IMG/VR virus record: IMGVR_UViG_3300046167_000554
Span: 1-64,000 of that record
Length of the DNA: 64,000 nt
From: a virus
Direction: 5' to 3' (one strand)
Below the pieces are notes generated by a model. It was not told the origin of the DNA. It ran no database searches and saw only the letters and a list, made by a program, of their open reading frames with translations. Shown one piece after another: positions 50,418-60,317 of the stretch (position 1 is the stretch's first letter; each line of letters begins with the position of its first letter). Both the position numbers and the translations under genes were made by a program.

Positions 50418-51903
50418 ATGGCAGAAGAAGTGAAAAGTAATTTTTCAAGTGAACAAGCACCCCCAGTAAAATCAGAACTGGAACTAGTACAAGAACGTAT
50501 AGCAAATTATACAGTACCACTCAAACCTAATACAGCAAACGTAGTTAATGCTATGTTGGTAATGCAATTAGAAAAAGGTATGGTGAAAGCATCAGACCTA
50601 GAAGCATTCATTACTGTAAGGGATGATATCACCACGGGTCTTGCAGATTACCAACAACAAGTCACTAATGCAAATTCAAGAATGCAACAGTTGTTAGAAC
50701 AAGACCAACAAGTCAAGATGCAACAACTTGCTGAACAAGAACAACAAAGCACGTCAACAGAAAGAAGCAGAAGAACGTCAAAGACGTAAGAAAAGCAGAA
50801 GGTCGAGTTGCACAAATGGAAAGCAGTTCTTTTGTCTCACGGAATCTCTATGGACTTGAATGGTGACGGAGTCATTGGTGTTAAACAAGGAACACTTGGT
50901 CAAGATGGTTTTGTACAACTCACTGCACAAGAACAACAACAAGTCGATTCTATTGTAAGAGAACAAACACCTCTTGCAACACCTCAACAGAAACAACAAC
51001 GTAAAGGTAACATGGGTCTTGCACGTGCAATGAATCCAGTAGAAGTAGATGCCCCTGCTATTGTAGAACCTACTATTCCTTTAGATACACCTCAATCACA
51101 TACAGTGGTTCCATCCCCAGTTGCAACACAATCTCTCAAAGAGAAAGTATTACAAGGGGCCTGAAGATGTTGCATTAACACATGAACCTAGTGTTGCAGA
51201 TTTAGAAACTGCACCTACAGTTGTTACTGAAGACATTACAGACATAGATGAGGATTCATGGGATGAACCAATCATCTCACAAGGTGAAGACTTAGAATCA
51301 TTCTTTGATGAAGTAGATAGAGTAGAGGAAGAGTTAGAAGGAACTTACACTGAACCCACACCTCTATTCAATGTTGCAGAAGAAGATACTGAAACAAAAC
51401 CAATTGCAACCAGTGGTAATATCAAAGCAGTAGTTAGTGAACCCGAGAATATCGAAGCACCAATCTCAACAGATGAAGACTTTGTTGCAAAGGTAGAAGA
51501 AACCAAACAGGCATTTGCAGAAGAAGAACCTACCAAAGTCATACCAACGTATGATAGTGAAGAGGAATTACTTGCAGCAGCTGCACAAGCAAAGATTGAC
51601 CAACAGGTTCAAGATGATATCGATGAAGAACAATTCAACGATTCATTCGAAGACGAAACTGAAGAGGTAACTATTCCCGATAGAACAGATTTAGAATCAA
51701 TGTCTAGAGAAGCAATCTTAGAACAAGCATCAATGTTTGAATTTAATATTCCAGCATCCGTAAGTAAAGGTCAGATGATTGATATGTTTGAAAGTGAAAC
51801 AGAAGCATTTATTAAAAGACTACAGGACAGTGGTGAGTTTGTAAGTTCAGAGGAAAGTGAAGATGTCAAAGATGATGTACGGGATGGTGGATACTTCGGG
51901 TAA
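50418..51903 (+). CDS. Large acidic/coiled-coil protein (three ORF pieces, probably one gene with indels)
   Basis: Contiguous frames 50418-50789, 50808-51164, 51121-51903; DLNGDG EF-hand-like loop. Confidence 0.55.
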
Positions 51904-52309
51904 ACCTTCCATCGTTAGAGAACTCAAACTAACAGAAGTAAGTTACAGATACGAAGAACGAATGAAGGACATTGAAGATGATGTCCTTCGTTTTGATTTC
52001 CCAAAAGAATTATCAGTAAAACTAGGAACGGAGTTTGATGTATCTTCCGTTAATCTATATCTAAAAGATAACACCCTAGTGTTTAGTGTCTTAGAACAAG
52101 ACATAGAACAACCCATAAAGTTACGACCTTATCTATTCAAAGAAGATGGAGACCCTAGGTCTTGCATGTTTGATGAACCTAATGATTCACAATTCTTTGT
52201 TATTCCAAAATACTTTGCAGAGGTATTTGAAGTAGGTGACAACATCACTTACACTTACGTACATGAAACAGAAGACGTAGAACGTCATGTGACTTGTCAT
52301 GTCACGTAA
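51857..52309 (+). CDS. Hypothetical protein (start uncertain)
   Basis: ORF track. Confidence 0.6.
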   Translation: MKMSKMMYGMVDTSGKPSIVRELKLTEVSYRYEERMKDIEDDVLRFDFPKELSVKLGTEFDVSSVNLYLKDNTLVFSVLEQDIEQPIKLRPYLFKEDGDPRSCMFDEPNDSQFFVIPKYFAEVFEVGDNITYTYVHETEDVERHVTCHVT

Positions 52310-53228
52310 CATCCCAATCACTGCAGTTGACCAACATGACTTCCTAGAACATCGCAGGAAACAAGAAGCACTACACTGGGGTAGACAGGACATGGGAGAA
52401 CTAAACGAACTTAGTTCTATCCTTACAGTTGAAGTTAACACTACAGAGTTATGCAACAGGACATGTTCATTTTGTCCACGTGCAAATCCCGAAGTATTCC
52501 CAAATAGAAATTTACATATGACTCCCAAGGCTGCAAAGACCATTGGAGATGAATTACATAAGAATGGGTTTAGAGGGAAGATATCTTTAAGTGGTTACGG
52601 AGAGAATCTACTTAACCCAAGGTTCAGAGAAATCGTTCATACCTTTAGGTCTGCAGTTCCTTATGCAACACTAGAGTGTAACACTAACGGAGATAAACTC
52701 ACTAGAGAATATGCAGAAGAGTTATTCGAGTTCAGTGGATTAGATTTACTCTACATCAATCTCTATGACGGAGTCGAACAGATGGAACACTTTGATGAGA
52801 TAATGAAAACCATCCCCGAAGAGAAATACAAATACAGAATGCACTGGGGTGATTTTGAAACACATGGATTGATACTAAACAATCGTAGTGGTGTTATGGA
52901 TTGGGTCGGAATAGAAGACGACACCATAGAGAACCTAAAAGGTAAAGTGTGTCACTACCCCTTCTACAAAATGTTTGTGGACTGGAACGGAGATGTGTTG
53001 TTCTGTAGTAACGATTGGGGAAGAGAACATGTCGTAGGTAATCTGTTATCAGAGACACTCCATAATGTTTGGTTTAGTAAACCTATGAATAAGATTAGAA
53101 AGAAATTAATGAAGGGTGACAGGTCTATGTCTCCCTGTAACAAGTGTAGTGTCGATGGGAGTTTATTTGGTAAACAATCATTTGACATAGTGAAGGAGTA
53201 TTATGAAAATAGCAATAACAGGAACTAG
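52299..53228 (+). CDS. Radical SAM protein with SPASM/twitch domain
   Basis: CNRTCSFC; SGYGE; C..PF...VDWNGDVLFC.ND...C.KC. Confidence 0.9.
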   Translation: MSRNIPITAVDQHDFLEHRRKQEALHWGRQDMGELNELSSILTVEVNTTELCNRTCSFCPRANPEVFPNRNLHMTPKAAKTIGDELHKNGFRGKISLSGYGENLLNPRFREIVHTFRSAVPYATLECNTNGDKLTREYAEELFEFSGLDLLYINLYDGVEQMEHFDEIMKTIPEEKYKYRMHWGDFETHGLILNNRSGVMDWVGIEDDTIENLKGKVCHYPFYKMFVDWNGDVLFCSNDWGREHVVGNLLSETLHNVWFSKPMNKIRKKLMKGDRSMSPCNKCSVDGSLFGKQSFDIVKEYYENSNNRN

Positions 53229-53793
53229 TGGTCTTGCAAAGAATATTAAAGACACACTAGAAGCAACACCATATCAAGGAGACACTATTGAAGTGTGTAC
53301 TCCTAGGATAGACGACATAATAATGAATGACCCTTGGTTCGGATTCGATTATGAGAACCCTAATCATGTTGACGTGTTGATTAACTTTGCACATAGAGAC
53401 TTTGACCAGTCGAAGATTTTACTGAAAGCTCATCGTGCATGGAAAGATGATAGTACAAAGTATATTATAAACTTTTCATCCCGTGCATCACAATCAAATA
53501 TATCTAAGGGATATAAGTATGCAGCTGAGAAGGCCTCTCTAAACCATTTAAGTAACAACCTAACGTACAACTCAGATAAGAAATATAAACTCACTACACT
53601 CAATCTAGGACTCCTTAATCATGATGATTTACCTAGTCTACAGTGGTCTAGTGTATCGGGTCTAGTGTACTATTTGATTACCAGTTATCCCGACATAGAA
53701 ATTCCCGAACTTACGATTCAGGCATTTGCAAACTACCAAGAAGTTCAGAGTGATAAAGAAACTCTCAGAGACATGGAAAGATTCACTAAATAA
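53203..53793 (+). CDS. Short-chain dehydrogenase/reductase-like protein
   Basis: IAITGTSGLA, DVLINFA, INFSS, YAAEK. Confidence 0.75.
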   Translation: MKIAITGTSGLAKNIKDTLEATPYQGDTIEVCTPRIDDIIMNDPWFGFDYENPNHVDVLINFAHRDFDQSKILLKAHRAWKDDSTKYIINFSSRASQSNISKGYKYAAEKASLNHLSNNLTYNSDKKYKLTTLNLGLLNHDDLPSLQWSSVSGLVYYLITSYPDIEIPELTIQAFANYQEVQSDKETLRDMERFTK

Positions 53794-53797
53794 TAGT

Positions 53798-54043
53798 ATG
53801 ACAGACTATAACGATTTCGGATTTACAGCTATGGATGCAGATGAACTTGCATCTGTAGACACAAAGATAGTTGCAAAGACTACCTCTGCAGTAGAGGTAA
53901 TCAAGAACCTTGATGATTTCATCAGACCATTACTTGAGAACCTTGCAAAGGATTCCGATAAGGAATACATCTACTGGCCTAACCGAGTAGAAATCATAAA
54001 TAAAAAGATAGAAGAATTGGACTTAATTCAAAAAAGTCTCTAG
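53798..54043 (+). CDS. Conserved late hypothetical protein
   Basis: DFGFTA..PLLENL..KEYIYWPNR; TAAATA-N5-ATG. Confidence 0.7.
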   Translation: MTDYNDFGFTAMDADELASVDTKIVAKTTSAVEVIKNLDDFIRPLLENLAKDSDKEYIYWPNRVEIINKKIEELDLIQKSL

Positions 54044-54139
54044 TAACATAGAGAAGAATATAGTACAATAGTATTGTAGGTAAAACTACAAGGCAATAAT
54101 GCCAATAAAATAGAGAGTAACATCTCAAAGGAGAACGAT

Positions 54140-55252
54140 ATGTCAGTATATGACTTTAATCGAGCTGCGTTAATCGATGAAAATATAACCAACGCATTCA
54201 CCCAAGAACATTTAGAAACACACAAAAGATTGTGTCCTATTGAATCTTATCCCGAATTATTAAATCTACCAGTACAAGCAAGTGCTATTGAATACTCTGA
54301 AACTAGACTTACGGATAGACGTAAGATTAAAGATGGTTCTGCAGTAAATCCAAGAAGTCAAAAAGGTAGAGCTGGAGAAGCCATTCTAGATGAGGAAATG
54401 GATAATCTACAAAACAGTTATCACAAACATGGTGCTAAATTAAGAAACCTTGCACCTTGTATATTCATAAACGATAATGGTGAAGAAGTCTATATGACAG
54501 GTTCATCAAGAGATGAAATTTACGATAGATATAATTTTACAGATATCATTGTCAATGTATTTACTGGTGTCGATGGTACTACAGATATGGAACAACAATC
54601 TGCACTCTCATTTATGGCAACATGGTTAAACCCAGCGGTTGATGCACACGTTTGTGCAACCACTCATGACATTAGATGTGATATTAACAGAGCAACAGAA
54701 AATGGTTGGATTGAAAAAACATACGATGCAATCTTAGAAAGAATTCTACCTCAAACAGAAAGAGTTAATATCTCATATCTCAAATCAACTCACCTTGCAA
54801 TAGAACTATTTGAAGCAAGTAAGAAAGGTACTTCTGCAAAAGAAATCAGACCAATGGTATCTAGAGATTCTAAGAAGTGGGCCCAAGATAGTAAGTACGT
54901 TGATGTGAAAGACAAGGTCAAGTATTTCTTTAGGTCTCATGACAGAGACCAACAGGGAACTTGTGATGCAGTTAATTATGCACATAAGAATCCAAACGAG
55001 GAAGTTAGGATTGTGGTGTTTTGTGGTATCCTCACAAGTGGAGACCCACTCTCACAATGGGAAAAGAGAAGTCTTAAATTCCACACTTCATTTAACAATA
55101 TCTTAAATACATTTCAGAATGTAGTGTTTAATGGTGCGAGTATTAAATTAAAGAATCTTAAGTTGTATGGAGTGATTCCACAACTTGCAGAATTCCAATC
55201 CTTAAACAAGATATGTCTTTATAAAGACGATGGTACAACTTACCAAAAATAG
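54140..55252 (+). CDS. Hypothetical protein
   Basis: 370-aa ORF, AGGAG RBS. Confidence 0.75.
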   Translation: MSVYDFNRAALIDENITNAFTQEHLETHKRLCPIESYPELLNLPVQASAIEYSETRLTDRRKIKDGSAVNPRSQKGRAGEAILDEEMDNLQNSYHKHGAKLRNLAPCIFINDNGEEVYMTGSSRDEIYDRYNFTDIIVNVFTGVDGTTDMEQQSALSFMATWLNPAVDAHVCATTHDIRCDINRATENGWIEKTYDAILERILPQTERVNISYLKSTHLAIELFEASKKGTSAKEIRPMVSRDSKKWAQDSKYVDVKDKVKYFFRSHDRDQQGTCDAVNYAHKNPNEEVRIVVFCGILTSGDPLSQWEKRSLKFHTSFNNILNTFQNVVFNGASIKLKNLKLYGVIPQLAEFQSLNKICLYKDDGTTYQK

Positions 55253-55259
55253 TTCAAAA

Positions 55260-55294
55260 GGGGGTTTACAATGACCCCCATTTTTTTGTATACT
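55260..55294 (+). promoter_or_regulatory. Terminator hairpin overlapping early promoter (PeSL-like)
   Basis: GGGGGT...ACCCCC stem enclosing TTTACA, then a T-run; TTTACA-18-TATACT. Confidence 0.7.
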
Positions 55295-55320
55295 ATACTC
55301 TAACAAATTAAGGAAATCTA

Positions 55321-55563
55321 ATGAATGAAATCGAAAAAACCTATGTTAATATAGGACGAGAACTTATAGCACTATGTGAACAGAACAGAATATTTGGTGG
55401 AGACGATGAAGAGTCTCTAACACTATGGAATGCAGCTGTAACAGCAGGGAATAAGTTTGTGACCTATGGAATGGTATGGACAAAGTTTACAGGGATAGAT
55501 TGTCTCTCTGCAATAGAGAAGACTGCTGTCAGACAATATTTAGAACTAAAGGAGAAACTATGA
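55321..55563 (+). CDS. Hypothetical early protein
   Basis: AAGGA RBS. Confidence 0.65.
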   Translation: MNEIEKTYVNIGRELIALCEQNRIFGGDDEESLTLWNAAVTAGNKFVTYGMVWTKFTGIDCLSAIEKTAVRQYLELKEKL

Positions 55564-55640
55564 ATAACAATCAGATGATTATATTCGGTTTACTGGGGAT
55601 GTTAGTAACATTTCTTGTAATGAATCTTGTTGGATAAAGC

Positions 55641-55682
55641 TTGACTATGTCCCTCACTTTTTGGTATACTATGTATATAATG
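55641..55682 (+). promoter_or_regulatory. Early promoter (near-identical to the 42763 copy)
   Basis: TTGACTatgtccctcactttttggTATACTatgtatataatg. Confidence 0.8.
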
Positions 55683-55798
55683 AAAAAACAAAGAGGACAC
55701 ATTATGAATAAAATAAAGAAACTTGGATTACTAGATGCTGACTTCCTACAAGGAATGTCATTGTTTGTACTTGCACTATTAGTTGGGGGTGCATCATA

Positions 55799-56201
55799 AT
55801 GAAATTATCAAAACTAGTAAATGATGTGAATGCAGAACAAGTTGCATTAGAAAAAGCAGACAACCTATGTACTGCAGTCGAGAAACTATGTGAAGACTTG
55901 ACTACTGCAATGCATGAAAGATGGGAACACACTCGTGGTGAAACAACCCACGACTTTTCAATTGGAAAGAAATACATTCGTGTTTATTCAGTAGAGAATG
56001 GTCAACCAGCATCTTGTTGGGGATTCATTAACATCTTAGAGTTTACCAAAGGTAATGTTAAGTTTGAAAGTGGTGATGTCTTAAAGTCAGCAGGGTGGAA
56101 AACTCCTGCTATCAATCAACCACGAGGAAACTTATTTGATGGTTATTCAATCGACCCAAATTCAGCAAGGATTATATGGGCCAGATTACTTAAGAGGGTA
56201 G
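55799..56201 (+). CDS. Conserved early hypothetical protein (C-terminal indel)
   Basis: GKKYIRV...GDVLKSAGWKTPA..RGNL; the YGPDYL tail is in another frame. Confidence 0.65.
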
Positions 56202-56234
56202 GGGTTGACAATGCCCCCTACTTTTTGTTACACT
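56198..56234 (+). promoter_or_regulatory. PeSL-like terminator/promoter cassette
   Basis: GTAGGGG-TTGACAatg(c)-CCCCTAC-TTTTT; TACACT -10. Confidence 0.72.
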
Positions 56235-56261
56235 ATGTGTATAATATAAAAAGGAGATAAT

Positions 56262-56666
56262 ATGAGTTTAGATAGAATCAAAGATGGAACTGCAAGATGG
56301 TATGTAATTGATACACAAAATCTTGAAGAGTATGGAGACAACTTTCACAAGTTCAAAGGTGGCTCCCAGTATACTGTTGGATTCCATGTGGACAAACTGG
56401 TCTTTGAGGAAGATGCATTTGGTGAGGGTGAACACTCTTATTACAATTCACCTTCTCTTACGGAGGCATCTGTTGCTGCTCTTGTTATGAAACACGTCAA
56501 CAGATATAATGGACTGAATGGTTCGTTTGATTACATCACTAATATTGAAGTGATTGATTCACCTTTCAATACTCCCGACCATCCAACATGGAGAGGTACG
56601 GAAGAAGACCTTATTTCCGAAATAAAGAATGAACAAAAAAGACAAAATAATTTAGAGGTAGCATAA
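56262..56666 (+). CDS. Hypothetical early protein
   Basis: TQNLEEYG..KFKGG; AGGAG RBS. Confidence 0.7.
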   Translation: MSLDRIKDGTARWYVIDTQNLEEYGDNFHKFKGGSQYTVGFHVDKLVFEEDAFGEGEHSYYNSPSLTEASVAALVMKHVNRYNGLNGSFDYITNIEVIDSPFNTPDHPTWRGTEEDLISEIKNEQKRQNNLEVA

Positions 56667-56667
56667 T

Positions 56668-57057
56668 ATGATAATAAAAGATTACGAAGTTCTAAGTCCC
56701 GATATGACATCGGGTGGTACATCCCTAAAGGGATACAAGATTACAACCTACGATAGGTTATGTGCAGTGTTAGGGCCACCAACCTTCACTAGTGCCAACC
56801 CTAATGACAAAGTTAATTGTGAGTGGGTTATAGATTCAAAATGGTATGATGCAAACAACATCGATGAGATTGATTATGATGATTGGGAGTATGAGACTGT
56901 AACAATTTACAACTGGAAGGACGGTAGAATTCCTACTGAAGATTACAGATGGCATGTGGGTGGAACATCCTACAATGCAACAGATGTTGTTGATATGATA
57001 CTCGACAACTTTAATAGAAACGGTGAAAATTATAATGGAGAAAGAAATGTCGCTTAA
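56668..57057 (+). CDS. Hypothetical early protein
   Basis: GTSLKGY..LGPP..DKVNCEW..TIYNWK..WHVGG. Confidence 0.7.
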   Translation: MIIKDYEVLSPDMTSGGTSLKGYKITTYDRLCAVLGPPTFTSANPNDKVNCEWVIDSKWYDANNIDEIDYDDWEYETVTIYNWKDGRIPTEDYRWHVGGTSYNATDVVDMILDNFNRNGENYNGERNVA

Positions 57058-57250
57058 TTTAGAAAGTGCAAAACTACTTGCACAACAAACAGGTGGTAAG
57101 TTGAATGCAGAAGATGTATTGAATCTTGCTCAGTATGGAACAACCAACCCTATGGACTTTGCTCCTGTTGAAGAGGAAGTCGAAGGTGTATGCATATGTG
57201 GTATCGTGAATTGTCCCGATGCATATGCTCACACAACGAGTGGGTATTAA
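57047..57250 (+). CDS. Hypothetical protein
   Basis: C-terminal CICG...CPDAYAHTTSGY. Confidence 0.6.
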   Translation: MSLNLESAKLLAQQTGGKLNAEDVLNLAQYGTTNPMDFAPVEEEVEGVCICGIVNCPDAYAHTTSGY

Positions 57251-57251
57251 T

Positions 57252-57401
57252 ATGGAACTAGGATTCTTAGGAGGGACACTGTTATGTGTTATTATGTTTA
57301 GTATGGTATTTGTAGGATTACATTTAAACAAACCTTTCCCATGGGAGAGAAAGGTGTTTAATAAGGATGATGTAAAATATCAAGACGGAGATAACACATG
57401 A
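57252..57401 (+). CDS. Small membrane protein
   Basis: Hydrophobic N-terminus. Confidence 0.5.
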   Translation: MELGFLGGTLLCVIMFSMVFVGLHLNKPFPWERKVFNKDDVKYQDGDNT

Positions 57402-57913
57402 GAGCTGAGTTAAAAATGAGATACTATTATTTGGTATTAGGTGCAACACTAGGTTTTCTAACTGGTGCATTGACAATGAAGGTGCAAGCTTCAGATGCAA
57501 ACAATGAAATTTATTGTCTTGCACAAAATATTTATTTTGAAGCAGGTAATCAACCACTTGCAGGTAAAGTTGCAGTGACACAAGTAGTGTTGAATAGAAT
57601 GCAACATCCTAACTATCCAACAACTGCATGTGGTGTAGTGTATCAAGCAAAGTGGAAAACAAACTGGAAAGGTAAAGAAGTTCCAGTGAGAAACATGTGT
57701 CAATTCAGTTGGTTTTGTGATGGTAAGTCAGACGACCCAGTGGATAGTCCAACGTGGTTATCTTCACTTAACATTGCAAGGAATGTAGTGCAAGGTGCAT
57801 ATGGTGATATCACTGAAGGTGCAACACACTACCATGCAATAAGTGTAACCCCATATTGGGCAGATTCATTAAACGAGACTGTTAGAATAACAGACCACAT
57901 ATTTTATAAGTAG
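57398..57913 (+). CDS. Cell wall hydrolase, SleB / Hydrolase_2 family
   Basis: CLAQNIYFEA, VVLNR, QFSW, GATHYHA, HIFY; signal peptide. Confidence 0.92.
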   Translation: MRAELKMRYYYLVLGATLGFLTGALTMKVQASDANNEIYCLAQNIYFEAGNQPLAGKVAVTQVVLNRMQHPNYPTTACGVVYQAKWKTNWKGKEVPVRNMCQFSWFCDGKSDDPVDSPTWLSSLNIARNVVQGAYGDITEGATHYHAISVTPYWADSLNETVRITDHIFYK

Positions 57914-57922
57914 GAGAAAATT

Positions 57923-58207
57923 ATGTATGATACAGTAGAAAAATTTAGAGAGTATCTTAAGGATACAAGTTACGTTATGAATGGAGTGCAACACAAATAT
58001 GCATTCCCAAATAACTATGGTGCTAGTGTTGTTAAACATGACGGAAGTTATGGTGGACAGAATGGTTTATGGGAACTTGCAGTTTTAGATTACTCTATAG
58101 ACAGCACAGGTGAGTTGTGTTATACTAGTGGTATAACTGATGATGTTATCGGACACTTGACGTGGAAGAATGTCGAAGAGTTCTTATCGGAGATTAAACA
58201 ACTATGA
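57923..58207 (+). CDS. Hypothetical protein
   Basis: FPNNYGASVV..SYGG..GLWELAVL..DDVIGHLT. Confidence 0.7.
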   Translation: MYDTVEKFREYLKDTSYVMNGVQHKYAFPNNYGASVVKHDGSYGGQNGLWELAVLDYSIDSTGELCYTSGITDDVIGHLTWKNVEEFLSEIKQL

Positions 58208-58743
58208 ATTTATTTTACTTACACAAAGACCCAGTACAATCTGCAGAAATGCATTGTGACAAACATGTCGTTAAGATGATTATCGAGTATGCACAAATGT
58301 TATCTACTGCTCATCGTATGTTAGATGGTAAACAATATACCGATGCATCCAGTGGTCGTAGGATTCAAAGATGGAGACTAGACAACTCTAACATGGATGG
58401 TGTTCTATACAAAGCATCACACATCAACCACCCTTCTACACGTTGGGTCAGAGAGAATGCAATCCAGTATCAGTATGCATACGATATGTTTACTGCACTA
58501 TGTGACGAATACACTTATCGTTATGATAAAGTACACTTGACTGATACAAAACTCAGAGACTTACTTAATCAGATACCTAATAACATTACACTAGGTTCTT
58601 ATTCAGAACCACCCCAGTGTATGCCTGAAGATGTCAAAGTTCAAAATGACTCTATCTCTGCATACCATAAATACTATGCAAACTACAAGAAAGGTTTTGC
58701 AGTATGGACTGATAGACCAGTCCCACAATTTATGAGTATATGA
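58204..58743 (+). CDS. Pyrimidine-dimer DNA glycosylase (DenV)-like protein
   Basis: MNLFYL..DKHVVKMIIEYAQMLSTAH..HINHPS..W. Confidence 0.75.
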   Translation: MNLFYLHKDPVQSAEMHCDKHVVKMIIEYAQMLSTAHRMLDGKQYTDASSGRRIQRWRLDNSNMDGVLYKASHINHPSTRWVRENAIQYQYAYDMFTALCDEYTYRYDKVHLTDTKLRDLLNQIPNNITLGSYSEPPQCMPEDVKVQNDSISAYHKYYANYKKGFAVWTDRPVPQFMSI

Positions 58744-59051
58744 TGCCCTTATATGATTTTTTAAATAATGAGACAGGTGAAGTTGAAGAACATAACATGT
58801 CCTATACCAAACTCGACCAATTCAAAGAAGATAACCCACACCTCAAACAAGTTATACTTGGAACGCCAGGTATTGTTGGTGGACATGGTGACAGGGTAAA
58901 ACTCGATGGTGGATTCAAAGATGTCCTCAATAAAATTTCTTCTGCAAATCCAGGCTCACCTATGGACAGACATAGACAACGTGGGGTCAAAGAAGTAAAG
59001 ACTAAAGAAATAGTCAAAAAACACCTAGACATTCAGTCAAGAAAGAAGTAA
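58743..59051 (+). CDS. FmdB-like conserved protein
   Basis: MPLYDF.N.ETGE...GFKDVLNKI. Confidence 0.6.
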   Translation: MPLYDFLNNETGEVEEHNMSYTKLDQFKEDNPHLKQVILGTPGIVGGHGDRVKLDGGFKDVLNKISSANPGSPMDRHRQRGVKEVKTKEIVKKHLDIQSRKK

Positions 59052-59060
59052 AATAGAACT

Positions 59061-59741
59061 ATGAAATTAAAAACTAACTTAGTAGAGTTACATGAACTCG
59101 AACATCTAGACTTAAAAACAACTAACAAAGATGGTAAGAGATACTATACGGATGGAGAAGAGACTTTCTATTATCCAAGTGTTACCAGTGTAACAGGTTT
59201 ACTCTCAAGTGACCAAATCAAGTTATGGAGAAAACGTGTTGGTGAAGAAACTGCAAACAAGATTACTGCACAAGCAACCAAACGTGGAACTAACTTCCAT
59301 CAGATAGTGGAAGATTATCTAAGAAAGGAAAAAGAGTTTATTGAGTTTGATAACGTTTTACAGGAAGGTATGTTTAAGGCAATGCAACCAGTACTGGATG
59401 ATATCATTCCTATTAGTTTAGAAGCACCATTGTTTTCAAACGTTCTGCAGATGGCAGGTCGGGTTGATTGTGTTGGTATCTATGATGATGTATTACAAAT
59501 TATAGATTTCAAGACGAGTGCAAAGTTTAAAGAAGAGTACATGGCAAAGAACTGGTATATCCAAATGACTGCATATGCAATCATGGTAGAAGAGTTGACT
59601 GGTCATGAAATTGAAGAGATAACTGCAATGGTAGCTATTGAAGGTCATAACACTTTTCAAATATTTACAGCAGACCCTAGGGACTATGTAGATGAGTTAA
59701 ACGACTTACGAGTCAGATATAAAAATATATACGGAGTATAG
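59061..59741 (+). CDS. PD-(D/E)XK (Cas4/RecB-like) exonuclease
   Basis: YPSVTSV, RGTNFH, AGRVDC, IDFKTS, QMTAYA. Confidence 0.88.
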   Translation: MKLKTNLVELHELEHLDLKTTNKDGKRYYTDGEETFYYPSVTSVTGLLSSDQIKLWRKRVGEETANKITAQATKRGTNFHQIVEDYLRKEKEFIEFDNVLQEGMFKAMQPVLDDIIPISLEAPLFSNVLQMAGRVDCVGIYDDVLQIIDFKTSAKFKEEYMAKNWYIQMTAYAIMVEELTGHEIEEITAMVAIEGHNTFQIFTADPRDYVDELNDLRVRYKNIYGV

Positions 59742-59742
59742 A

Positions 59743-60078
59743 ATGGAAGATATCAGAATAAGAGTGCATGAAGGACATCATGTTTCATTAATAAAAGAAA
59801 AACGAATCAGTGCAGAAGCACTAGAAGTCTTGGGTATATGTGATACCATGATTGAAGAGTTCATCGAGGATGGAGAAGTCGAAGTTGGTTTTGAAATAGA
59901 AAACGTAATTGACCCAAACTATGCACACCTCAATGGTTATCATGTTGATGATGCTATTAGAGAACTCATTGAATATTCAGAAACATTTGAGGATGAAGAG
60001 GATTGGATTTCAGATAGAAAAGGTTATACAGAAGTTACACATTCGTTTATCAAAGACGGAGAGGCATTGTACCGATGA
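59743..60078 (+). CDS. Hypothetical acidic protein
   Basis: GGAG RBS. Confidence 0.6.
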   Translation: MEDIRIRVHEGHHVSLIKEKRISAEALEVLGICDTMIEEFIEDGEVEVGFEIENVIDPNYAHLNGYHVDDAIRELIEYSETFEDEEDWISDRKGYTEVTHSFIKDGEALYR

Positions 60079-60317
60079 TATCACGTAAAGAATTCACTGA
60101 ACAAGTTGAAAAATTGATTATGAGAGGGACGGAAGTTATGGATGCATGTGTAAAAGTATGTGAAATGAATAACATTGAACCCGAGTCAGCAAAGAGGTTA
60201 CTATCTCAACCTCTAAAAGAGAAACTAGAAGCAGAAGCAACTGGACTCAATATGGTAAATAGAGGTAATCATTCGCAGAGTTCCCTAAAAGGGTTCTTTG
60301 CAGTAACGGAGAAATAA
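60075..60317 (+). CDS. 33: Late transcription coactivator gp33
   Basis: F...VE..MDA...CE.NNIEPE...LS.PLKEKLEAEA..LN; sliding-clamp-like tail SLKGFF; position before gp59/gp32. Confidence 0.85.
   Translation: MISRKEFTEQVEKLIMRGTEVMDACVKVCEMNNIEPESAKRLLSQPLKEKLEAEATGLNMVNRGNHSQSSLKGFFAVTEK

Noticed and set aside
59061-59741. Cas4 as evidence of a CRISPR system
   Set aside because: Standard T4-like PD-(D/E)XK exonuclease; no cas genes or array in the window.
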